In this document: in pieces, positions 15,181 through 23,140 of the stretch
Numbering within the stretch: position 1 is the stretch's first letter
Layout of the letters: each line of letters opens with the position of its first letter
From: a bacterium
GTDB lineage: Bacteria; Actinomycetota; Acidimicrobiia; Spongiisociales; UBA11373
Assembly (NCBI GenBank): GCA_013202595.1
Contig: JABMPV010000229.1
Span: forward strand, 1 to 45,020
DNA: 45,020 nt
Direction: 5' to 3'
Notes under the pieces: model-generated
Database searches by the model: none
Told to the model about the DNA's origin: nothing
Seen by the model: only the letters and a program-made list of their open reading frames with translations
Translations under genes and position numbers: made by a program

Positions 15181-15993
15181 TCAGAGGCCGGTGGAGCGAT
15201 ACGAGCCCAGATAGTGGAGATCGGTGACCGTGGCCAGCGGCGGCTCAAAGACCGCGCGATGCCCCTCGGGACCGGGTGGATGCACGAGATCCACGAAGAA
15301 GCGGTACTGCCACGCGGCAAGGCCGGGACGTGACTCGATGCGGGTCAGATTGGCCCCCCGCAAGCCCAGTTCGCTCAAGGCCAGAGCCAGGGCACCGGGA
15401 CGATGGGCCGTCTGGAAGACCACGGAGGTCTTGTCGTCTGTGAGCCCAACCGCGGCATCGCCATGGCGCAGCACCACGAACCGCGTGGTGTTGTGCTCCC
15501 GGTCCACCACATCGGCCGCCAGCACCTCCAGCCCATGGGCGCGACCGGCGGCAGCGGGGGCGAGGGCGGCAACTGAGATATCGCCGTGGTCTGCGACCTC
15601 GCGAACCGCTCCCGCCGTGTCATGGGACGGATCGGGCTGCCAGCCGCGCTCGGCCAGAAAGCCCTCGGCCTGCGACAGTGCCTCGGGATGAGAGCGCACC
15701 CTCTCGATGTCGTCCAGAGTGGCGCCGGGCAGACCCAACAACGCGTGACGCACCTCGACCAGGTGCTCCGCGATGATGCAGGCACGGGCGCCGGCCAGCC
15801 TGTCGAGAACCGGTAGCACACTCCCCGTCGTGCTGTTCTCGATCGGCAAGACCAGGAAATCGACATCCCGGTTCTCCAGAGCAGCGAACGCCACGGCGAA
15901 GGAGCCGTACCCGACGGCCTCGGCCTCGGGCAGCACTTCGGCCGCCGCACCATGGCTGTAGGAATGTGCTTCGCCTTGATATCCCGCTCGCAT
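15181..15993 (-). CDS. pheA: prephenate dehydratase
   Basis: MRAGYQGEAHSYSH..., LVLPIENSTTGSV, TRFVVL, and a C-terminal ACT domain with ESRPG. I prefer ATG at 15993 because it gives the family-typical N-terminus. The longest ORF starts at GTG 16032. Confidence 0.9.
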   Translation of the reverse strand: MRAGYQGEAHSYSHGAAAEVLPEAEAVGYGSFAVAFAALENRDVDFLVLPIENSTTGSVLPVLDRLAGARACIIAEHLVEVRHALLGLPGATLDDIERVRSHPEALSQAEGFLAERGWQPDPSHDTAGAVREVADHGDISVAALAPAAAGRAHGLEVLAADVVDREHNTTRFVVLRHGDAAVGLTDDKTSVVFQTAHRPGALALALSELGLRGANLTRIESRPGLAAWQYRFFVDLVHPPGPEGHRAVFEPPLATVTDLHYLGSYRSTGL

Positions 15994-16066
15994 GGGCCGC
16001 ACGGTACCCCAACCATCGGCAACCCGATTCACTCAAGAGGCACTACATCGCTCCGATGATCCATAA

Positions 16067-18646
16067 ATGGCATCCGACCCGGCCCGGACGGGCCTGCCCA
16101 TGAGGGCACGCCCGGTCGCGCCGCACATCGCAATGTGGACGCTCACTATCGTCATGTGGGCAGCCGCCGCCGTGTGGCTCCTCGGACTGCTCCCTCCCGG
16201 TGCCGTCATCGGCAGCCCACTCACGATTCCATGGTGGGGTCTCGCCATCGGATTCGGCGCGACCGAGATCCTCGTCATCAGGCTCCCCTTCGGCTCGGGA
16301 GAGCACTCGATGACCTTGTCCGAGGTCCCCCTCGTCCTGGGTCTCGTCTTCGCGACGCCACCTGCCCTGATAGCGGGGCGACTGGTCGGCTCGGCACTGG
16401 CTCTCGCCATGCACCGCCGGGTGCCCCTCCCGAAGCTCGCATCGGTGCTCGGCATCCTCGCCCTGCAGTCGGCGTTCGCAGTGACCATTCACAGAGCCGT
16501 CCTCGGAACCGACTCTGCCGTGGGCATCCGCGGAACGATCGCCGTCCTGGCCGCCATGGTGGTCGCGCAGGTGGTGACCGCGCTCCTCAGCGGAGTGAGC
16601 AGGGCGGCCGGCGGGCACATCACCGAGCCGCGTCGGGAGATCCGGGGAGCCGTGCTCGGCGCAGCAGTCGGTGTGGCGGCGACCACCTTCGCCCTCGTCG
16701 GAGTGATGGCGATCTGGAGCGACATAGCCGCAGTCGGAATCGTGGCAACTGCAGCCGTGATCGGATACCTGGGCCTCTGGGCCGTGGAGAGCCTCGGAGG
16801 CAGATACTCGGCCTTGCGGTCCGTCCACTCATTCACTCAGTCGGTCGACCCCGGCGGAGCGCATGTCGCAGAACAGATCCTTGCCGGCGTCATGGCGGAG
16901 ACCGGATCGCCGCGAGCCCTCCTCATCCTTCCCGGCGAGCGCGACCAGTTCGACCTCATGGTGGCCGACGAGTCCGGGTCGCGTCATCTCCCCATCGAGG
17001 CATCCGACGCAACGATCGTGATCTCCGCGACGGTGAGATCTCACCCCGATGCGGTCGCGGCCGGAGCAGTCACCCTCGACGCGCTCGGCCGGATGCTCGG
17101 TGACAGGCCTGTCGGAGCGGCGGTCGCCCCACTCGGCGCCGTCGGGTTCCCCGAAGGGGTCATCATCGCTGCCGGGCCGGATGTGACCCCAGGCTGGTCG
17201 CCCGAAGCGGCCGACATCGAAGTCCTCAGCGCCCTCTCCGGATACGCCGCTGCCACGCTCGAGCGCAACCGGTTGGTCGGGCGCCTCCAGAAGGAGATCT
17301 CGGTCCGAGAGCACGAGGCGCTCCACGACCCGCTCACCGGGCTCCCCAACCGCAACAGTTTCATCGCCAGGATCAGCGAGCGGCTGGACGCAGACACACC
17401 GGGCACTACCGCAGTGCTCATCCTCGATCTCGACCACTTCAAGGAAGTCAACGACACCCTGGGCCATGAGCACGGGGATCAACTCCTCTGCGAGATCGCC
17501 AATCGACTCGCCGAGACCGTGCGAGCCAGCGACTTCATCGCGAGGATCGGTGGCGACGAGTTCGGCGGCCTCATCGACATCAAGGCCGTCGCCGACACGA
17601 GTGTCGTGGCCTCCAGGATCGCCAACCTCCTCCGGAGCCCGTTTCAGCAGGCCGGCCTCCCGATCGACGTGACCGCATCCATCGGACTGGCCCTCGCTGA
17701 TGGATCGGCCAACGCCGAGACGCTGATCCAGCGCGCAGAGATCGCCATGTACGCAGCAAAGGCTGCCGGATCTGGCCATGAGGTCTACTCGCCGGATCTC
17801 GACGTCTACAGCCCCCGCCGGCTGGCGCTCGCCGGAGAGCTCCGCGGGGCCATCGATGCCGGCGAGATCCACGCCTACTACCAGCCGCAGATCTCGGTGC
17901 GAGATGGTGCGGTCGTCGGCGTCGAAGCGCTCGCTCGATGGATTCACCCGATGCGCGGCATCGTCGCCCCCGGAGAGTTCATACCCATCGCCGAGAAGAC
18001 GGGGCTCATCAAGCCGCTCACGGCCCAGATCATCGCCTTCGCAGTGCGCGACATCCGTCGCTGGACGGACAAGGGACGGCGACTCCGGGTGTCGGTGAAC
18101 GTCTCACCGCGCACGCTGCTCGATCCCAACTTCGTTCCGACCGTCACCACGGCGCTCGAGGAGGAAGGGTGTGATCCCACGCTCCTGTGGCTGGAGGTGA
18201 CCGAGGACACCCTCCTGCAGGACTCGGCCAAGGCCGCCGCCGCTCTGGAGCGGCTCGACGCTCTCGGAGTCGGCCTGTCGATCGACGACTTCGGGACCGG
18301 CTACTCGTCCCTCCAGTATCTCCGCGAGCTCCCTGTGGACGAAGTGAAGATCGACAGGACGTTCGTCACGGAGATGGACGAGGACGAGGGGCGGCGGGTC
18401 ATCGTCGCATCCACGATCGACCTCGGCCACAGGCTCGGTCTCCGGGTGGTGGCCGAGGGTGTCGAGCGCCAGTCGACCCTGGCGCTGCTCGACGAACTCA
18501 ATTGCGACCTCGCCCAGGGATTCCTGATCGGCCGACCGATGCCCGCTGCTGCGCTCGAAGAGTGGATCGCAGGCATCGAGGATCCTGAGCCGCGCGAAAC
18601 AGTGCGGTGGATCCACTCCAAGTCGGAACATCGGGCCAGCGGCTGA
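16067..18646 (+). CDS. membrane sensor diguanylate cyclase/phosphodiesterase (multi-TM N-terminus, GAF-like region, GGDEF, EAL)
   Basis: 859 aa. GGDEF domain: DPLTGLPNRNSF, LDLDHFKEVNDTLGHEHGD, RIGGDEF, with an RASD I-site 5 residues upstream. EAL domain: VEALARW, EKTGLI, NVSPRTL, DDFGTGYSSLQYL, KIDRTFV, AEGVE. Both catalytic motif sets look intact. Confidence 0.93.
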   Translation: MASDPARTGLPMRARPVAPHIAMWTLTIVMWAAAAVWLLGLLPPGAVIGSPLTIPWWGLAIGFGATEILVIRLPFGSGEHSMTLSEVPLVLGLVFATPPALIAGRLVGSALALAMHRRVPLPKLASVLGILALQSAFAVTIHRAVLGTDSAVGIRGTIAVLAAMVVAQVVTALLSGVSRAAGGHITEPRREIRGAVLGAAVGVAATTFALVGVMAIWSDIAAVGIVATAAVIGYLGLWAVESLGGRYSALRSVHSFTQSVDPGGAHVAEQILAGVMAETGSPRALLILPGERDQFDLMVADESGSRHLPIEASDATIVISATVRSHPDAVAAGAVTLDALGRMLGDRPVGAAVAPLGAVGFPEGVIIAAGPDVTPGWSPEAADIEVLSALSGYAAATLERNRLVGRLQKEISVREHEALHDPLTGLPNRNSFIARISERLDADTPGTTAVLILDLDHFKEVNDTLGHEHGDQLLCEIANRLAETVRASDFIARIGGDEFGGLIDIKAVADTSVVASRIANLLRSPFQQAGLPIDVTASIGLALADGSANAETLIQRAEIAMYAAKAAGSGHEVYSPDLDVYSPRRLALAGELRGAIDAGEIHAYYQPQISVRDGAVVGVEALARWIHPMRGIVAPGEFIPIAEKTGLIKPLTAQIIAFAVRDIRRWTDKGRRLRVSVNVSPRTLLDPNFVPTVTTALEEEGCDPTLLWLEVTEDTLLQDSAKAAAALERLDALGVGLSIDDFGTGYSSLQYLRELPVDEVKIDRTFVTEMDEDEGRRVIVASTIDLGHRLGLRVVAEGVERQSTLALLDELNCDLAQGFLIGRPMPAAALEEWIAGIEDPEPRETVRWIHSKSEHRASG

Positions 18647-18655
18647 CGGCTGCGG

Positions 18656-18892
18656 CTACGCGTCGGCCGGGGCGGGTCCGGCTTCATCGATGACTGCCCC
18701 GGCGGCAGAGGCCAGCGTCGTGGACACCACCACCCTCACCGAGTAGTCCGTGAAGAAGCCGGGATTGAGGCCACCTTCGTCGTCCGCCACGACCATCGCC
18801 GAGATCCCCTGCGATCCGAGGAGTGCGACGGTGATATCTGCTTCATCCCGCGACTCGAAGGTGGCAACGGTCGTGAGTCCTGGATCAGTCAT
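18656..18892 (-). CDS. small DUF2007-like (putative signal-transducing) protein
   Basis: I trimmed track ORF 18656..18988 to ATG 18892, which overlaps the upstream ydcF-like stop by 8 nt. MTDPGLTTVATFESRDEADITVALLGSQGISAMVVADDEGG... fits the DUF2007 pattern. Confidence 0.55.
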   Translation of the reverse strand: MTDPGLTTVATFESRDEADITVALLGSQGISAMVVADDEGGLNPGFFTDYSVRVVVSTTLASAAGAVIDEAGPAPADA

Positions 18893-19415
18893 CTGCGGAG
18901 CGTATCGGAGATCGGGGCGGACGGGGTTTGCGCCCCACCAAATCGAGGAACAGGTCCTTGACGAACGCCGGCACCTCACGGGCGGCACCCAGCCACCACT
19001 TGATGGCAGACCCTGCGCCCCGTCCGCACCCCGACGACGTTGCGTCGAGTCCGGCCCGCCTCATGAGGTACGTCGCCCGCGGGAGGTGGTAGCTGTCACT
19101 GACGATCACGACGGTGGCGCCCGGGCTGAGTATCCCGGCGACCTCTGCGGCCTGCTCCCTGGTGTTGTGGGATCTCTCCTCGAGTGTGATCGACTCCTGC
19201 GGTACGCCCCGGCCGACCGCGATGCCGGCGATCACACTCGCCTCGGATACCAGCCCATCGCCCACCCCTCCGCACGCGATGAGCCCGGACCCGGCTGCAA
19301 GGCCTGCCCAGACCGCGGCTCCGTGTTCGGCCCTCCGCCGCAGGGCCGTGCTCGGGCGGCCGTCGGCCATCACCTGGGCTCCGAGGACTACCACCGTGAC
19401 GGTCAGATCGGTCAT
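18885..19415 (-). CDS. YdcF/ElyC/SanA-family (DUF218) protein
   Basis: VVVLGAQVMADGRPSTALRRRAEHGAAVW, then GGVGDG...SEASV and VVIVSDSYHLPRA, are typical DUF218 blocks. Confidence 0.8.
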   Translation of the reverse strand: MTDLTVTVVVLGAQVMADGRPSTALRRRAEHGAAVWAGLAAGSGLIACGGVGDGLVSEASVIAGIAVGRGVPQESITLEERSHNTREQAAEVAGILSPGATVVIVSDSYHLPRATYLMRRAGLDATSSGCGRGAGSAIKWWLGAAREVPAFVKDLFLDLVGRKPRPPRSPIRSADD

Positions 19416-19743
19416 CGTCGACCATTCTGAAGCGTCCGACCGATCGGTGCCAATACAGCCGTGTGGTGTCGTAGCGGCGCCCCATGCCCGGTCCGCCGAC
19501 CCCGCAACCGCACTCTGGCCCGCCGAACAGCAGATCGCAGAGCGGTGCCCGGATCACCACCGGACATGACATGACCCCCGCCCGACGGTCGCGAATCGCA
19601 CGGGCAGACATGGCTGACCGACCCACCGGGGACCCGGCCCGCAGTTCATCCCGGGCCCTGCAGGGCCTCCTGGCGAGCCGACAAGGGGTCCCGCTAGAGT
19701 CCGACGCGACGACATCGGGCGGACACGGGAGCGCACAGCGCTG

Positions 19744-21582
19744 ATGCGGTTCTTCAGGCGGCACGGGCCCGGCTGGTACCTCAAACTCTTCGGCCTCGCC
19801 CTGGTCGACGGCATCGTCGTCGCCGTCATTCCCTCGCTCCTCGAGCAAGGTGCCACCGTCGCCCTGGTATCGATGGTCCTGGCCACGGCAGGGATCAATT
19901 ACATCTTCTTCTCGGAGAGGGCATACCCGCTCCGCTGGCTGGTTCCCGGCCTGCTCTTCCTGTTCCTCTTCATGTTGTGGCCGATCGTCTACACGGTGGT
20001 CGTCGCCCTCACCAACTGGTCCACGGGCAACTTCATCACCCAACCCCAGGCTGTCGAGCAGATCACCACAAGCACCAGGTTCCTGGTCGAGTCCGATCGC
20101 TCTCCCATCGCCGACATGTTCTTCTTCAGCGACCCCGACCAGACGGATGAACTCGATCCGATGGCCGGCCTCTTCATGCTCCTGTCGACCGAGGAAGGCG
20201 ACCTCTACTACGGACCGCCCCGCCTCAGGGACGATCCGATCCCGGTGGAGAGCGTTCTCATCGACCTCGACACCCTCGATACGGTCGACGAGAACGAGGA
20301 CGGTGTGCCGGAGGTCATCGAGGGCCGGCCGAAGTTACGCCTCATCGACATCGGAACCATCACACCGGTGCTCGACCAGCTGACCATGGACATCCCCGAA
20401 CTCGGGCAGGCACGCGCCAGGACGTTCTCGTCAGCCGTCATCGCCGAGCAGCGCTTCTCCTACGACGCCGGCCGCGACGTACTGGTCGACGCGCTCGCAG
20501 GCGACATCTGCGAACCGGTCGAAGGATCCTTCTATTGCCCCGATGAGAGCGGCGAACTGCAACGGATCGATCCGGGGTGGCGTACCTTCATCGGCTTCGA
20601 CAACTTCATCGACATCGTCGGAGACTCCCGGGTCCGGGGGCCGTTCATGCGGATCTTCCTCTGGAACGTGATCTTCGCCGTGTCGGTCGTGATCATCCAG
20701 TTGATCATCGGCCTCGGGTTGGCGATGACCTTCGAGGACGACCGCATGAGGGGCAGGGGCTTCTACAGGTCGCTGCTGATCATCCCGTGGGCCGCTCCGG
20801 GTTTCATCGTGGTCATCGTCTGGCGAGGGTTACTCAACCCATCCTTCGGGCAGGTGAACAACGCCCTGGAGATGCGGTGGCTGGCCGACCTGTCCAACTC
20901 GACCTGGCCCAGGTGGATCGCCGCCGCGCTCCTCGCCGCCCTGATCTACTTCTTCGGGCGGATCGCCGCCAATGGCATCAGGGGCAAGCGGTGGGGTCCG
21001 GTGGTCGCGTCCTCGCTGGTCACCATCGGAACGGCCTGGATCCTCTGTAAGCTGCGCGGATCGGGCTTCGCCTACCGCGACGTGAACATCCCGTGGGTCC
21101 AGCCGCAGGGCGACTGGTTCTGGTCGAAGATCGCCATCATCTTCGTGACCGTCTGGCAGGGATTCCCCTACTTCTTCCTCATCTCGACCGGTGCCCTCCA
21201 GGCCATCCCCACGGAACTGAAGGAGGCGGCGCGGGTGGATGGGGCATCTCCTGCTCAGGTGTTCCGCAAGGTGACGTTCCCGCTCCTGATGGTCGGGATC
21301 GCCCCGCTGATCATCGCCTCGTTCGCCTTCAACTTCAACGCCTTCGTCAACATCTTCCTGCTCACCGCCGGCGGCCCCGCGGTGCAGGGATACTCGGTCC
21401 CCTTTGGCGAGACCGACATCCTGATCTCGTTCGTGTTCGACCTGGCGGTCCAGGGCGGCCGCGGTGGCCAGTTCGCGTTGGCGGCGGCATTCACCTTCTT
21501 CATCTTCTTCATCGTGGCCACGATCTCCGCCATCTCGTTCCGCTTCACGAAGCGACTGGAGACCATCTATGGCAACCTCTGA
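19744..21582 (+). CDS. carbohydrate ABC transporter permease, MalF-like with a large extracytoplasmic loop
   Basis: 612 aa. It has N-terminal TM segments, a roughly 200-aa hydrophilic acidic loop and then a MalF-type core with the EAA motif (ELKEAARVDGASPAQVFRKVTFPLL). Confidence 0.9.
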   Translation: MRFFRRHGPGWYLKLFGLALVDGIVVAVIPSLLEQGATVALVSMVLATAGINYIFFSERAYPLRWLVPGLLFLFLFMLWPIVYTVVVALTNWSTGNFITQPQAVEQITTSTRFLVESDRSPIADMFFFSDPDQTDELDPMAGLFMLLSTEEGDLYYGPPRLRDDPIPVESVLIDLDTLDTVDENEDGVPEVIEGRPKLRLIDIGTITPVLDQLTMDIPELGQARARTFSSAVIAEQRFSYDAGRDVLVDALAGDICEPVEGSFYCPDESGELQRIDPGWRTFIGFDNFIDIVGDSRVRGPFMRIFLWNVIFAVSVVIIQLIIGLGLAMTFEDDRMRGRGFYRSLLIIPWAAPGFIVVIVWRGLLNPSFGQVNNALEMRWLADLSNSTWPRWIAAALLAALIYFFGRIAANGIRGKRWGPVVASSLVTIGTAWILCKLRGSGFAYRDVNIPWVQPQGDWFWSKIAIIFVTVWQGFPYFFLISTGALQAIPTELKEAARVDGASPAQVFRKVTFPLLMVGIAPLIIASFAFNFNAFVNIFLLTAGGPAVQGYSVPFGETDILISFVFDLAVQGGRGGQFALAAAFTFFIFFIVATISAISFRFTKRLETIYGNL

Positions 21583-22738
21583 TGCCCCGGTGACGGACGT
21601 CACCGACGGCGCACCCGGGGTGACCGGGGTGGTCAAGCGCAGACGCATGTCGAGTCGCAGGTACATGCGTGAGATCGGCTGGCGGCACATCGTCGCTGTG
21701 GCGGCGACCCTCTTCGCCCTCTATCCGATCCTCTGGATCATGTCCTCGTCGATCAACACGGTCGACACCCTGACGACGGTCAAGTTCATCCCGAGCGAGA
21801 CGACGTTCGAGAACTTCACCTCGCTGTTCGAGGGATGCTCGTGGAGCCTGGGAGTCCCGCCGTTCTCATGCGAGTCGACGACGCCGTTCCCCTCGTGGCT
21901 GTGGAACTCGGTGAAGATCGCCCTGATCGCCAGCGTCATCCAGCTGGCATTCTCGGCGCTCGCCGCCTACTCGTTCGCCAGGCTCCGCTGGGCGGGCCGC
22001 AGGGTCGGCCTGATCTCGATTCTCCTCATCCAGATGTTCCCCCAGTTCCTCGCCTTCGTGGCCATCTTCCTGCTCCTCGACACCCTCGAGGAGACCTTCG
22101 GTGAGTCGGTGCAACTGGATCTCTGGATGGTGGCCGTCGCGCTCGGACTGGTCGCCATTGCGCTGCTGGCCGCCGTCCTCCGCAAGGATGGTGAATGGAC
22201 CACCCAGGGGCGGAAACGGGTCTTCATATTCCTGGGGTTCGCCGCGGCGATCGCACTGTGGGCATTGATCAACCCCTCCTATGGCGTCACGGCCTTCCCC
22301 AAGATCGGCCTCGGCACCCACACCGGCCTGATCCTGGTCTACCTCGGTGGCGCCATCGGGGTGAACACATGGCTGATCAAAGGCTTCATGGATTCGATCC
22401 CGACGAGCCTCGACGAGGCGGCCAAGGTGGATGGAGCGACCGAGTGGGACGTCTTCTCGAAGATCGTCCTGCCCCTGACCAAGCCGATCCTGATCGTGAT
22501 CTTCATCCTGTCGTTCGTCGGCCTGTACAACGAGTTCATCCTCGCCGCCGTCCTCATCCAGGACGTCAACGAGTTCACCTACTCCACCGGCATGGCGCTG
22601 TTCGTCGAGAGCGAGTACACAGCCAAGTGGGGCCAGATGTCGGCAGCTGCCGTGATGGGCACCGTGCCGATCCTCGTGCTGTTCTGGTCGGTGCAGGACC
22701 GGATCGTTTCCGGCCTCCAGGGAGCAGTGAAGGGCTGA
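21569..22738 (+). CDS. carbohydrate ABC transporter permease, MalG-like with extra hydrophobic insertion
   Basis: I trimmed track ORF 21464..22738 to ATG 21569 (14-nt overlap with the malF-like gene). EAA motif LDEAAKVDGATEWDVFSKIVLPL. Two additional hydrophobic segments (LWMVAVALGLVAIALLAAVL, VFIFLGFAAAIALWALI) lie upstream of the EAA loop. Confidence 0.88.
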   Translation: MATSDAPVTDVTDGAPGVTGVVKRRRMSSRRYMREIGWRHIVAVAATLFALYPILWIMSSSINTVDTLTTVKFIPSETTFENFTSLFEGCSWSLGVPPFSCESTTPFPSWLWNSVKIALIASVIQLAFSALAAYSFARLRWAGRRVGLISILLIQMFPQFLAFVAIFLLLDTLEETFGESVQLDLWMVAVALGLVAIALLAAVLRKDGEWTTQGRKRVFIFLGFAAAIALWALINPSYGVTAFPKIGLGTHTGLILVYLGGAIGVNTWLIKGFMDSIPTSLDEAAKVDGATEWDVFSKIVLPLTKPILIVIFILSFVGLYNEFILAAVLIQDVNEFTYSTGMALFVESEYTAKWGQMSAAAVMGTVPILVLFWSVQDRIVSGLQGAVKG

Positions 22739-22828
22739 TCTCGGTCGCCAGTTGTCCGTCGTCAGTCAGCGGCTCAAGCCTGAACCCGCACGCCGATCGA
22801 TTCCGGGCGGCATAAGAATGGGCAGAGG

Positions 22829-22895
22829 TCAGTTCCCGGACCTCGGGTGGGTCTCAGCTCCCGGGATCGGGAAAGCTCAGTTCCTGGACGGGTCG
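22829..22895. repeat. three imperfect direct repeats (23-25 nt period) spanning the 3' end of the zinc-ribbon gene
   Basis: On the minus strand the units read GACCCGTCCAGGAACTGA / GCTTTCCCGATCCCGGGAGCTGA / GACCCACCCGAGGTCCGGGAACTGA. On the plus strand the TCAG starts are at 22829, 22854 and 22877. The first minus-strand unit contains the gene's last codons and its stop. Confidence 0.7.
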
Positions 22896-23140
22896 ACTGC
22901 TGAGGAATGGGAGACGACCGCTATCTCGGCATCATCATCGAGGCCGGCGACCGGCACCTCGACCCTGCCGTCCTGGACGAGGTCGATGATCTCTTGCCAA
23001 TCGCGAGTCAGGGCGCACTTCCCACAGAAGAACGTCTCTGCCCGTTTGACGACGGCTGTCTCACCACAGCGGTTGCACTGCATACAGGCGTATCGGCGCG
23101 TCCCGGTGACCCCTTGAGCCTCGGCGGATGCGACCGTCAA
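22877..23140 (-). CDS. small zinc-ribbon protein (CxxC...CxxC), hypothetical
   Basis: This is the C-terminal part of track ORF 22877..23335: ...YACMQCNRCGETAVVKRAETFFCGKCALTRDWQEIIDLVQDGRVEVPVAGLDDDAEIAVVSH... A TTG at 23140 overlaps the stop of the upstream Fe-S reductase gene (TTGA). ATG at 23083 is the alternative start (68 aa). Confidence 0.5.
   Translation of the reverse strand: MTVASAEAQGVTGTRRYACMQCNRCGETAVVKRAETFFCGKCALTRDWQEIIDLVQDGRVEVPVAGLDDDAEIAVVSHSSAVDPSRN

Noticed and set aside
19654-19667. Perfect 14-bp palindrome GGCCCTGCAGGGCC in the malF-like leader.
   Set aside because: It is GC-only and does not resemble a LacI-type operator or the 11131 site. Short GC palindromes are frequent by chance in this composition. 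I note it only as a possible RNA hairpin.
19484-19744. 86-aa + ORF whose TGA shares its A with the malF-like ATG (TGATG).
   Set aside because: The tidy junction is tempting, but the product is Pro/Ser/Arg/Gly-rich with no hydrophobic core or motif. It is more likely a non-coding leader.
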